In this document: positions 51,166-64,000 of the stretch, in pieces
Position numbering within the stretch: the stretch's first letter is position 1
Layout of the letters: every line of letters starts with the position of its first letter
The notes under the pieces: generated by a model
Database searches by the model: none
What the model was told of the DNA's origin: nothing
What the model saw: the letters and a program-made list of their open reading frames with translations, nothing else
Source of the DNA: Blasia pusilla
Taxonomy: Eukaryota
Assembly (NCBI GenBank): GCA_050084515.1
Contig: CM114271.1
Span: forward strand, 10,230,001 to 10,294,000
Reading direction: 5' to 3'
Length of the DNA stretch: 64,000 nt
Made by a program: the position numbers and the translations under genes

Positions 51166-52783
51166 CTAGTGAGTATAGGGAAATGTCGTAACACCTTCAA
51201 AGGCACTCAACCTCTCCAAAGTATTTGCAACTCCTTCAACAAGTGGAGCTAAGTATATATCTAGATTTTCATAAGTCACTGATTCCTTCCCTAGAATTAT
51301 AAGAGTCAATTGGAGAAAGAACTTTCTAGTACATAACCAAGGGGGTAAGTTGTAATTCACCAAAAATATAGGCCAAGTAGACCACACACTATTTTTGTCA
51401 CTAAATGGATTGACCCCATCTAATGCCAAACCAAGCCTACAATTTTGGGCTCATTCATAAACTCTGGCCATTGAAGATCAATTCCTCTCTATTGCTTAGA
51501 ATCTCCAGTGTGCCTCACCAATCCGTCAGTACTCTTATTCTTGGATGTCCATGTCATAAGTTCAACAATAAATATGTATCTATACATACGTTTCAACCTT
51601 GGAATTATAGGGAAGTGTCGTAACACCTTCATAGGCACTTTACCCTTCCCCATTTGCTTATACCTTTGTGACATGCACTTGGAACATGTATCCAAATCCT
51701 TGTGAACACCTCAAAACAACATACAACCATTTGGACACATGTGAATCTAAATGTAATTCAATCCAAGCTTTATGACAAGTCTTTTGGCTGCATAATGGCT
51801 TTTAGGGATATGGTTGTCCTCAGGTAGGACTTGTTAGCTAAATAATTTCAAGACCTCGTCAACAACCACATTTGGGATGTTATGAGCTCCACAAATATTC
51901 AGAAAATCCATTGTGAATGCTAGTTTACTAATCCTACTTCCAGGGAATAAAGGGAAACATGCTTCTCTCAATGCAATCGAGTCTGTTGCACAATCTTCCT
52001 TACCACATCCTAATCTAGAATCTTCGTCTCCTATCTCAAAGGGACTATCATCAACATCTTCTTGTGGAGCAAATTGATCTTGATCAAGGGGTTCCTCATT
52101 GCCTCCCTGATCAAATTTATGAAAGGCTTTATTGATCATTCTATGAACATTTATATCTTCATCAATATCTGTCGCACCTGATGTAGGATTGCTTATATTA
52201 CATTCAATCCCTATGGTAGGACTATCCACATGCACACTTCTATTTTCAGATCTTCACCTTCATTCGTCATCTAATGAATCATACTCATCGGTGTTTCTCC
52301 AAATCCTTTTTTGAGGAAACCTATTATACATGATGAGATGTTTCTCTATGACATCCAAAACCATCAATTTCATCCCTTTGCATTCATTACATGGAAATCA
52401 AAGCTTCTTCCACCCTAAGTTCCTTACAATCTTTTTTTCTCTTCACCACAACTTTTCATCATGTGATGCAATTCGTTGTGAATGATCAAGATTCAACTTT
52501 GGCTTGGTCTCATGATGTTGATTACAAATTCTTCCCATGGCTTGCATTTTTTTTCGTATGAGATATCCTTAACAAGAAAGGTAATTTATCTGCTTGTGAC
52601 GATTACCACATTATGATAATACTCTAGCAACAACTTCTCATGTTGATTTTCCCTTTCTTCAAGTGTAGTACGTGAACCTGTTCTACCCATAATCAGCCCC
52701 AAGGGAAGTTTCCAACAACACCCGACATGAACACAAATTAAATGAGATAATGAGATTCAATAGATATTGCATCTTCCCTAATC
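51166..52783 (-). pseudogene. CACTA (En/Spm) TnpD transposase relic (Transposase_21-like)
   Basis: LALDGVNPF...STWPIFLVNYNLPPWLC..K...L.LII.G...DIYLAPLVE, KVLRHFPIIPRLKRMY, IHMCPNGCMLF. Confidence 0.92.
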
Positions 52784-53214
52784 TCTCTCTCTCTCTCTCT
52801 CTCCACAGTGTGCCATGTTTGCATCTATTGACTCATTTTATTGTTTTCTGTTTGTTTTTGCAGTTATAATTAGGTGTCACTTTCCTTTGGAATCGTTTGG
52901 TTGCAGCGAATGGGTGAGTTCTTGCTCCAAGTTTAGAGATGTATGAACACACATGGTTTCGGTGGTTGCTAACAGAAATCCCCCTTGGTGCATTTAATAC
53001 CCCATTAGTTGATGCAATCTATGCGCTCCATCCTGATTTAACAGCCATTATTTGTTATACATGAGGATTCGTTGTGGAGGGGTAGTGTTGTAGCATGGGT
53101 TCACCCTCTACAGTGCTTCAATCTACAACACAAGCACATTAACTTTTGTTGGGAAGATTGGAAATTAGACATGGGTACACGTGAGATTGTCTTGATTTGG
53201 TGGAGTATAACTAG

Positions 53215-54113
53215 CAAGGTTGCACAGAAACGGGCAAGTCCGTCCATGGGACGGACATGCCCGACCCACACCCGAGCCCGCCTCAGAGCCCGCCACCTAG
53301 ACCCGGGCTGATAGAGCCCACACGTGATGTATGGCCCATAGGGCGGGCAGGCGCGGGCTCTGGGCCGATAACTGTGGGCTCGAGGCGGGCAGGCACGGAC
53401 TAGGGTGAGCAGGTGTGGCAGGCCTGGCAGGTGCGGGCTCCAAGCGAGCACGTGCGAGCTCTGGGCATGCAAGTGTGGGATCGAGGCGGGAAGGCACGGG
53501 CTTAAGGCGGGCAGGTACAAGCTCTAGACCGACACGCGTGGGCCCAAAGCGGACATGCGCGGGCTCTTGGCAAGCACGTGCAGGCTCAAGGCTGATTGGG
53601 TGCGGGCTTTAGGTGGGCAGGTGCGGGCTTTGGGTGGGTAGGTGCGGGCTCTGGGCGGGCAAGTGTAGGCTTCAGGCAGGCAGACGGGGGCTAGGGTAGG
53701 TAGGTGCGGGCTCTGGGTGGGCGTATGGGGGCTCAGGGTTGATTGGGCCTGGGCTCTAGGCGAGCAAGTGCAAGCTCCAAGCGGGCAGGTGCAAGCTCCA
53801 AGCGAGCAGACGCGGGCTCAAGGTGGGCAGAGCAGAGGCAAGCGCGGGCTCTAGGGCCTGCAATAATTTGGTCTGTTGGACCCAAAAATTGGTCCACTGG
53901 ATCAAAAGGTGGTCTGCCGCACCAAATCTTGGTCTAGCAGACCAAATATTGCGGGCTTTGAGCCCGCATCGAGCCCGCCCCTGGCCGGGCTGCTGGCCAT
54001 GCAATGGGTGCAGGCTTGGATGCGGGCTCGGGGTTCTTGGGCCCGCATAGACATGTTCGTCCATAGGACGGAGATAAATCCGCAGACACAGTTTTTGTCC
54101 ATATGCAACCTTG
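53215..54113. mobile_element. Non-autonomous hAT-type element (MITE) with GC-rich internal repeats
   Basis: TIR CAAGGTTGCA / TGCAACCTTG. 8-bp flanks ATAACTAG / ATAGCTGG (6/8). Subterminal inverted TCCGTCC..GGACG..CATG blocks and many GCGGGCT motifs. Confidence 0.8.
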
Positions 54114-57100
54114 ATAGCTGGGGTTGTGAACATTTATACGATGCATATCTGTCATGATTGAGAAGGCATGCGGAGAGGAGTGAGATGGGTAGACATGGAA
54201 AATTCCCTTGCTTAAATCCGGAGTGTTATTTCTTCCATGGGTTCAAACAAAAAGTTGACTCTAGAGTTCTGTCATGACATATTGACAAGCTCTGCTTTTG
54301 GTGATGGTGTCTGCTGTAGAAGGTAACCTCGTATTTTAGGAGATGATATTGCATGTGCGTGTTGTGTGTGGGCTCATGTAAAGACTTAGGAATTTGGGCT
54401 TGATCTAGTTGATACATACTCTACAATATAGCCAAGATGCAAGTAAGTTTTCAAGTTTACAAAATAAATGGTAGGTTTTGAAAGCGACACGTTGACTACT
54501 CCTACGCTTTCATTGCAGAATATTTTGCCTACATCGTAAAATGCGCTATAGTTTTTTACTAAAGGGATTTATTGGAAATATGACGAAAGTTACCAAGAGG
54601 GAGGACAACATTCAAAGTTTATACTATGTATGGTTTTGTCTTCTTCATAATTTGAGATTTGTGTAGAACACATAATTATATTGAGACTAGTACATTTCAA
54701 TGGAGATTGTCAGAATCTAACTTTCCAATCATGAAGATTAGACCCCTTCTTTTATATACTAACCATAGGAACTACTGTAACAATGGGCCTGAAGTTGAGT
54801 ATGAATTCGATTCATGTCAAGTGGGTATAAAAATCGCCATATGTACTTTGCTTTTGATGGGGTTTAGGTGCATTTATCAACATTAGCCAACTTACAAAAT
54901 TGATCATCGATGAGGACGTCGTAGGTGTAGATACAGTCCATTGGATTCCCAAAGGTAAGCTTACTCACATCCGAAGCCCCTCCGCAGATTTCATAAAAGA
55001 ATACCTCACGTATAGTCCAAGATCTTTCAACTTCTTAAATAAGTCTAAGATGCTCAAATACATAATAAGCGTGGCATAGTAATAAAGTGTATGTATTCTT
55101 TGACGTCTCTAAAATGTATAACTAAGATGATTGTTTTCACAATTAAACAGGATAATATCTACTGTGGAAAAAATGGGAGAAGATGAATACTTTTTGTTTA
55201 AACTCCGTAGTCTTTCCTTTGAAGTGAGGATGAACATCTTACATAAGAGTAGGCCAATAGGGATATTCAATCGAATAATGGCCCTGCCCGATGCTACCAG
55301 GGCTAGGATCTTATAACATGCTGCCCAAGTATGGAGGTTGTGGCAGCCATTTAGAGTTTGTAGGCAAGCTCAGAAATTGGAGATTCCACCATGATGATCG
55401 CCACATGTATGTCAGGTTTGTAGACTTTATGCTTGTCATAAGGATTGCTATACATTACTGGCATCGTTGATGGTCGGAGTGGTCTGGAGAGTGACCCTTC
55501 ACATCTGTCTCAATGATGTGGGAGTGGCCATTGGGGAGGAACAAGATGTAAAGATAGTGAAAGCTATGGACTTGATCAAATATGCAATTGGCATCGTTGG
55601 TCAAGTCGTACAAGTCTGATATGAGTTTTGCAGTTTTTTAGAAGGTGTCCTTCCCGGAACACAAGTTTGCATTAGATCTACTCGCAAGTCAGTCTCAGGC
55701 AGAGTTTGTATCTGCTACTTGGGGGTTTGTGATGGTGCAACTTGGCAAACAATATCGAGTCTTGAGCCATGTTGGTGATCAACTCCCATTTCTCCCAAGT
55801 CCACCAGTCTAGTGGACTTCATTTTGATCTTGGACTTACATAGTTTTCTGTCAAAAAATGGTATATTTTTGTACAAGTGCAAGCCGATTGTATATGATAA
55901 GCAAATTTATTTTAGATAAAGGTGTACAAGAAAAAACTTCTAAAAAAAGTTAAATTCATTGTCACATGAATGGATGTAATGTCGACATGGTAAAGCTTGT
56001 AATATACAATGTTATACAATCCATATGGATGTATTGTATTATCCTTTACCCAATCCTCAAAAATTATTTATTACTGTAATTTCAATGGAACAACACCAGT
56101 TTAGAGGATGAGCAATATCTACTAGGAAAATGAGGTATATTTTAAAGATGGACGTGCTACATTTTGCTTGCTGAACGTGCTTTACGAGCATTGGACCACA
56201 TCAATGAGCCTCTTTAGTGAAAATTAAGATCTCAATCGAGATAACTCTCAGATTAGGTATATCTGCCATGTCAAGTGTCAGACCAAGCCTACCAAGTTTC
56301 CTTCTAAACCAATGGTGGAAACAAATCTTGGCTCAAAATGAAGGAGAATAGTGAAAGGAAGCTAAGTGAATCCCCACTTCAAGCCCTCTTCTTCCACTAT
56401 CTTCTTCCTTTCTTGGCCTTGATTTTTAGTCACAAGCTCAAAAATCATGAAACTTTGTGAAATGATGCCCCCATGCTTTTGCAACATAGGGAGAAAAATA
56501 AATTCTCCAAATGCTCACTAAAGATTGAATTAAAAATGGAAGACCAAAAATATGATCTTGGATTTGTAATTACATCTTGGAGTCGATATTAGAAAATCCA
56601 AACCGTCCACATGGGAGATTACATTCTCGGGGGGATCACTATATGAAAGGCTCTACATCACCTACGACGTTTTAGGGTCTAGATTCCCTAACTTATAAGT
56701 GAAAAATTATTTTTTCTCATCCTTATGTACTTAAAAGGAATCATTCTTCATTTTTGGTACCCCTAAAATTCTTTGAGAGGAAAGGATTGCAAGACAAATG
56801 ATTTACAAGGGTGGATTTATAGATAATCTTGCCCTCATAAGTTACAGTATGCAGTATTGCATGGGGAATCGCCATAGTAGTCAATTTTCCTTGACAACCA
56901 CGCTCACAGAAAGTTGCAAATTTTCAAGTGTTTTTGGAGAGCGCAAAGATTAAAATATGATTGGTAACAAGCAGCAAAATTCGATTTGCTGATCACTCTA
57001 TACATAACTGTCCACAAGAGATGACATTGGTTTTAGTTTTCAACCACACATTTTGTGTTGGAAAACTACGGGCGCAACTGAATGCTATAGTTGAGTGCTC

Positions 57101-58542
57101 GTCCGAGGTTGGCGCATGGTGGCATTACAAGAGGCATGCGTCTGGTGGCTCCGTGGAGAAGCACATGACTACAGTGGAGAGATGGCAAGGAGAGGAAGAT
57201 TTTTTTTGGGTGCAAATATCTCTCTTTCACGACCAAATCTGATTCCCCCCACGACCAAATTTGAATCAAAAGAGAGAGAGGTCACATGCTTACCTGAATC
57301 AGCCTGAAAGCAAGAGGTTGGATAACAATAAGCCGACCAATGCCAAACAATGGTGAATCAACTTCAACAATAAGTCGAAATGATAAACATACACGAACGA
57401 TTCCAGAGAAGCACAATCTGTCCGTTCTAGGTTCTAGTATCGCAGGATGTAGATCCAATTGAAAAAAAACCGCCTTGAGCTGCTTCACAAGTAGGTATTA
57501 GTCACCACGGATCAAAGAAATCTTTTCAACCTGTCTACTATTTGGGAAGAACTCAACAAAGGATTGATCGAAGCTTGCTCTATTATCAAACCTCCCTACA
57601 ACCTACCTGCAACTTGCTTGCAAGCTCATCTTTCGAGTGGCTGTTGTTCGTCTTTCCTTGGAAGGTTTTTCCTGAAATCCAAACCTGGTTCAAGTCTACT
57701 TGGAAGAAATAGTGGGAAAATGGTTAAGGAGGGAAATCATTTAAAAAAACTATATTTTTCCCTCTAAATTTCCATGCAACGAATCAAAGAATTTCCTTCC
57801 TAGGGAGGAAAGTTATTATATAAAATTAAAATTAAAATAAATATAAATAAAATTTATGCAACAAAAATGTATTATATATATTATATGTGTATTAACCCTA
57901 TCTTATGTGAACGTCTTCCATGGAAGGGCAACTAATATAAAGACCCTATTGTTCTTTTACGAACGCCATGGAATAAATCAAACCCTATTGTTCTTCCACA
58001 AAACTTTATAAGTCTTCCGAGGGACGCAATTAAAAAACCCCTTACTTTGTCGCACATGATGGGGCGTATTTGTGAAAGTGAGACCCTCGAGATTACATTA
58101 TCAGGACGAAGCCCCCCCAAGTTCCATTCCAATCCAATGGTGGAAACAAAATTTGGTTGGAGATGAAGGAGACAAGTAAAATAATCCAAGTGAATCCCTA
58201 GAAATGATCCTAAATGTGACAAAATTCCCTTTATGTCGAATGAAGGAGGGAATCACCAGAAACAAGCCCACGATATACTATATAACATCAATATTTTTAT
58301 ATTCTATTATTGATATTTTCTTTGGAATTGCATAGCCCATTGCAACTTTTGACTTTATTATCAACTTTTTTTGGAGGAAATTTCTTCATCCCTTGTAGCT
58401 TTCGACCAAAGTCTGACCTTTTTTCCCCATTTTTGGAGGGCCTTGCTTACATCTACTTCATGTTTTTAATTTCCCCCTCCCTTGTGTAAGTTGAACAAAA
58501 TTCCAAAAAAAATCCCGTTAGCAATTAAAAATACACTTAAGT

Positions 58543-58951
58543 TTAATGTACGTTGTTGTCGACTTTTCCTTCAATGACATCCCCTAGCTTTGAAGGACCC
58601 AAATCCTTCATGTTGAACTCCTTGCTCAATTTTCTCTTCACTTGAGCAATATCTTTGATGTGCTCAGTAGGAATGATCATATCATCAACATATAACACAA
58701 AGGTCATGTAATCAAAATGAACACCTTTCTCTCTCATCCTCAAATACACACAAAAGTCATACTCACAACAAGTATATCCATGTCTTCTCATAATTGTATC
58801 AAATCTCATACCATTGCCTTGGACTCTATTTCCATCCGTACAAGGACTTCCTCAATCTGCACACCAAGTTCTCCTTCCCCTGTACTTGAAATCCCTTCGG
58901 CTATTGCATGTACATCTCCTCCTAGGGCTTTCCATGCAAGAAAGCAATTGT
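58543..58951 (-). pseudogene. pol: Older Copia RT fragment (host of the full-length Copia; resumes at 63955-64000)
   Basis: LYVDDMII, EFNMKDLG. Joined across the TSD it reads ELEQLDVTIAFLHG. Confidence 0.9.
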
Positions 58952-59291
58952 TGTAGGAAATTAGTTTGTACAATGAAACAAATCAGCAAATTGCTAATTG
59001 ATAGTAGTCGATCTAAATATTGATCACACGGATCAACCCATATGGACGATCTAGATTAGATTAGGATCAATTTTCTTCTTATGACCATTGATTACTGCTA
59101 GTAACGTTTCATCTTGCGAAACGATACATAGCTATGAGACATTTCTGAAGTGACACAGTTACCGTCACGTCTTTTGATTACGGATCTTAGTTTAGCGCAG
59201 ACTTTACTAATTATGTATCAGCTTTCAATCTATCAACACAGAGAACACAGAGAGTAAAAATGAATTTTCAATTCATTCCAAAATTCTCACA
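58952..59291 (+). repeat. Copia 5' LTR
   Basis: Direct repeat of 63616-63954. Confidence 0.97.
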
Positions 59292-59489
59292 TGGTATCAG
59301 AGTCTGGTCGCTAGTCACTACTTTTACAATTTTCAAAAAGGATTGGAATTTGAGGGACGCTTCAACATTCCTAGAGTAGAGGGGATGCCTTCTGCTCAAA
59401 CGCCTTTCTCGTTTCTATTTTCTTGGTGGCTGCTGACTTCAGATTCTTACGAATTCGAAGTCCTTGACCCTTTTCTGTCACTTTCATCA

Positions 59490-62400
59490 ATGGAAAATGG
59501 TGAATACTACCATGTTCTTCAAGATCGACGACATCCCAAAATTTGACGGGACCTATTTCTATATTTGGTGATTATGCATGAGATTTTACCTTGATGCCAA
59601 AGATCTTGTAGGCATCATAGAAGGTACAACTCCAAAGCCAACATCGGCTACCGCTCTTGCCATGGGCGTTGGGAGTGTCCACGAATGGGAGATTCTCAAC
59701 CGAATTGCCTTATCTTTCATAGGGAATCGTTTAGACAATTCGCAATTCATCATATCAATTCTGTTACGACTGCAGCAAAAGCTTGGACGAAATTAGATTC
59801 TTTATACCAAGTCCGAGATGATGTCACAAAAATGTATCTGCAAGATGAATTGCATACTCTTAATATGAAAGAAGGCAATAATCGTTACCAAACATGTCGA
59901 TCAATTTAGGACATTAATTGATCAACTCCACGCTGCTGGATCGGTGACTACTGATGAAAATCAATATCTTGCATTGATGCAATCAATGCCCAACAGTTAC
60001 CGAAATTTATTGACCTCATTGCAAGGTCAAAGTAATCTTATTTTGCAATCTGTGATCACTTTCCTTCTTACGGAGGAGAAAATGATGAAGACGTAGAATG
60101 TTGAACCGTCCTCAGCTCTTTTTGTTGGACGAGGTTTTTCCTCTTTTCAATCGAAGTCCAAATTTGGCAATTCAAGGCAAGGTGGCTCTTACAGAGGTTA
60201 CGGTCGAGACAAAGCTCCTCAGAAAAGGCTTTAGTCCTTTCAAATCAGGATTTGTTCATGCTTCTATGACGATTCCATATGGCGAAGCGTCCAATCATCA
60301 AGCTGATTGGCAGACTTCATCCTCCAATCAAAAGAACACTTATAAGAAAATGAGGTGTTTCTACTGAAATTTTCAGGGGCATCATATTAAAGATTCCAAA
60401 AAAATCTTGCAGATCAGAAAAAGCAGTCCAGACTTTCTGCTCCTATAGCCAATTTTACGTCTCATCTCTTCTTTACTGTCGCCTATTCGACTTCCGCTTG
60501 CGAAATTCAAGATAACACATGGTATCTTGATATTGGTGCTATGCATCATATGGCCTTCTCCATTGATTATTTTTTGGATTACACTCCTTATGAAAAATTG
60601 TCGTATGTTTTTGTGGGTGATAATTCTAGTGTGGAGATCAGAGGCTCTGGTCAAGTAGAGATCCTTTTGACTAATGGTACTTGACACTTTCTTCGGAATG
60701 TCCTATATATACCAAGCTTAAAGAAAAAAAATTTCTCAGTCAAGCAACTAGATGATTCAGAAGGATTTGCCTTGATTCATAAAGGACACTGCGTACTCCG
60801 TGACTCTATAGACCAAATCATTACAACGTGTTTCTTAATCAGTGATTTGTACAAACTCGGAGAAGCTGTTCTTCCACCCTTCGGATCTTCTATCATTAAA
60901 GCTGCCAGTGTGGTTCTTCCCATGATTTCTGATCTGTGGCATCACCGTTTGGGACACATTAGTACTACTCGGGTTTCTCAACTATTACAACAACAAATGG
61001 CTGGCGGTCTTCCAACGCATAGTCCCTCGCAGCTTTCTTCATGTCGAGCTTGCCTACATGGCAAACAAACCCACAAACCTTTTTCTAATACGATTCCAGT
61101 CTATAAAGCCCTCAATGTTTTAGAATTAATCCATACTGATATTTATGGGCCTCTTTCTCCCCCTACTCATTTGGGCTTTCGCTATTTCATGGTCTTTATT
61201 GACGATTTCTCCCAATATACTACTGTTTACCTCCAAAGCGTTTTCTTGTTTCACTGAATTTGTGGCTAATGTAGAGACGGAGCATCAACCTCCACGCATT
61301 CAAGCATTGTGATTTGACAATGGTGGTGAATATAAGTCATCTGCTTCTTTCTTAGACTTATGCCATTCTTGAGGAATCTCCAGGCAGTTCACTGTTCCCC
61401 ACACACCACACCAAAATGGTGTTTCAGAACGTAAGAACATAACTCTTGCTAATTCTGTACGTTCTATGCTTTTCCATTCCGCTCTCCCCATGACTTATTA
61501 GGGTGAAGCGTTGGTCACTGCCAATTATTTGCAAAATCGTCTTCCGAGCAAAGCATTGCCACATTCCAAAACACCATATGAGTTATGGTTTAATCGTAAA
61601 CCTGCATTATCTCATCTTCATATTTTTGGAAGTCCTGCATTTGCTAAAATCAATGATCCTCATTCAAAGCAGGATTTTTGCACTGAGGAATGCAATTTCT
61701 AAGTTATAGTGACCAAAGCAAAGCCCGGCCTTTCGAGAGGCTGAGGGACAAACTATCATTCTCTCATGTGATGCTAAAGTTCTTGAAGATTAGACTACTC
61801 AGACCACTCCATCGTTTGCTTCTTCTGATTGCAGAAGATTTGGCTATCAGATATGATCCTCTATTTTTCCGCTCATCCCCTAATCTTCAAACTTCCTTGC
61901 CTATTCGTGCTACTTACCTGGTCATGGGCGTTTCCATCTTTACTATGAAAGAAGAAAACGAGCTCCTACTCCTACTCTTGCTCAAAGAAAAAGTCCTCGC
62001 ATTACTCGGGCTGTTGAGCGTTACAATGCACTTATTGAAGCTAATAAGAACAAGAAGCGAGTTTCAGAGAAGCGTTGGGCCTTGCTCTCTTCTACCAGTT
62101 CTTTTCTCGAACCCCAATCTTATGAAGAGGCTATCTATGGACCTGATTCTTCACATTGGAAGGCTGCCATTTCTGCTGAACTTCAGAATATGGCTTGAAT
62201 GAAGGCTTGGACATTAGTTCCCCTTCCTCCCAATTGCTAAAGGATTTACTCAAGTTCCTGATCTTGATTACGAAGAAACTTTTTCTCCTACGGTTAAACT
62301 TCAATCTCTTTGTATTCTTATTGCTATTGATGCTTATTTCAATCTTGATTTACATCAATTAGATGTAATTGTGGCTTTTCTATATGGGTTCTTGCAACAC

Positions 62401-63585
62401 AGGATCTACATGGCTCTTCCTCCTGGCTGGCCAGTTCCAAATAATAACTTGGTCCGCCTTCTAGGAAGATCCATTTATGGTTTGAAGGAATCATCCCGTA
62501 TGTGGTATGAACGATGTCACTATGTTTTACTTGACATTGGTTTTGTCAACACCACTGTTGACTCTAATATTTACATTCTGAACAAGGACTACAATTTTCT
62601 TATCCTTGCTCTCTACGTGGATGATACTATCATTACCAGCTCCAATTCTGCATTGCTTCATTTTGTCAAAAGCAAGCTCTGCCAAGAGTTTGAAATGATT
62701 GACCTTGGTGAGGCTTATCATGTTCTGGGAATGGATATCCAGCGAGAACGGCAACAAGGATGGATCCGGCTCAACCAGACGACTTATATCACCAACAAAC
62801 TCAAACAATTCAATATGCTGGACTGCACACCTATCTCCACTTTCTTTGATTTTGGCCTTCATCTAAGTCAAGATCAATCTCATGTTGATCCCGCTGACAT
62901 CGCAACAATGCCTTATATTCCTTATAAAAGTGCTACGGGCAATTTAATCGGGGCAATGGTGTGCACTCGCCTCGATATTGCCTATTCTATTTGCATTGTT
63001 GTACAATTTATGACCAATCGTGGTCCTGTACAGAGGATTGCTGTCAAAAGTATTTTCAAGTATCTCCAAGGGAAAAAACATTACTTTCTCCAATATTAGC
63101 GCTCATCTACTCCTTTTCATCTTCAAGGATATTCTGATGCTGCCTATAGAGACAATATTGACTTCCAAAAATCTACCATCGGATTTTGCTTTGTCCTTGC
63201 AGGAGGAGCAGTTAGCTCAGCAAGTAGAAAACAAAAATCACTTGCCCTTTCCAGTACTGAGTCTAAGTACATTGCAGTGACTAAAACTAGCACCGAAGCT
63301 ATTTGGATCAGAAGATTACTTTACGAAATTGGTTTTGCTCATAAGATAACTGAGATCTTCTGTGACAACCAGAGTGCAATTGCTTTGGTCAATTCTATAA
63401 AAAAATCATGATTGGATCAAACACATCGACATTCAATACCACTATATCAAAGATCAAGTATCAAGTGGCGAAATTATTTTGACCTATTTTTCAACTGCAA
63501 AGATGACTGCACACATTTTTACTAAGGGTTTATAGAAAGGACCTCATCAGAAATACACTACATCTCTAGGGTTATCTAGTCATGA
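59490..63585 (+). pseudogene. pol: Copia gag-pol, many stops and frameshifts
   Basis: WYLDIGA, LWHHRLGH..CRAC, IHTDIYGP..FIDDFS, TPHQNGVSER, IYGLKESSRMWY, LYVDD, GYSDA, KHIDIQYHYI. Confidence 0.95.
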
Positions 63586-63615
63586 AAATGGCTTATTTGT
63601 TCCCCTGAGTGGGAG

Positions 63616-63954
63616 TGTTGGAAATTAGTTTGTACAGTGAAACAAATCAGCAAAATGCTTATTGATAGTAGTCGATCTAAATATTGATCACACGGATCGA
63701 CCCATACAGATGATCTAGATTAGATTAGGATAAATATTCTGCTTATGACCGTTGATTACTGCTAGAAATGTTTCACCTTAGAAACGATACATAGCTATGA
63801 GACATTTGTAAAGTGACACAGTTACCGTCACGTCTTTTGATTACGGCTCTTAGTTTAGCGCAGACTTTACTACTTATATATCGGCTTTCAATCTATCAAC
63901 ACAGAGAAAATAGAGAGTAAAAACGCATTTTCAATTCATTCCGCAATTCTTACA
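63616..63954 (+). repeat. Copia 3' LTR
   Basis: Direct repeat of 58952-59291. Confidence 0.97.
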
Positions 63955-64000
63955 ATTGTAACATCAAGTTGCTCCAACTCTACCTCATATAGAGCTACTA

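Larger units (their letters stand above)
58952..63954 (+). mobile_element. Full-length (5003 bp) decayed Ty1/Copia LTR retrotransposon
   Basis: LTRs 58952-59291 and 63616-63954 (TG...CA). TSD ATTGT. PBS TGGTATCAGAG (tRNA-Met-i) at 59292. PPT 63607-63615. Domain order gag-PR-INT-RT-RH. Confidence 0.97.

Noticed and set aside
53072-54157. Overlapping R/A/G/P-rich ORFs
   Set aside because: Arise from the GC-rich repeats of the MITE; no domain motifs.
56291-58198. ~85-bp dispersed repeat (56291-56373 and 58117-58198) as element termini
   Set aside because: Similarity is real, but I could define no TIR, TSD or coding signal.

Overview
Plant-type, gene-free region made almost entirely of nested, decayed transposable elements. 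It holds Ty1/Copia elements (one full-length, 58952-63954, TSD ATTGT), Athila-like Ty3/Gypsy elements with a tRNA-Asp PBS and an extra 3' ORF, CACTA transposase relics, a hAT-type MITE, a Mutator-like insertion and (GA)n microsatellites. The standout is a Ty3/Gypsy-like family, present as two end-to-end copies (7884-21194 +, 30005-39676 -) and several fragments. Four features set it apart: (i) a DNMT3-like C5 cytosine methyltransferase between protease and RT; (ii) a PHD finger at the integrase C-terminus; (iii) split direct repeats (A1-ORFs-B1-A2-B2) instead of a normal LTR pair, despite a DDE integrase; (iv) no tRNA PBS but a co-varying self-complementary site resembling Tf1 self-priming. 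A 4.6-kb inversion (about 2917-7537) that splits an Athila-like element can be rebuilt from its TSD, reading frame and host repeat. All calls are by eye from motifs and internal alignments, without database searches. Every coding region appears pseudogenised and boundaries are approximate unless a terminus or TSD is quoted.
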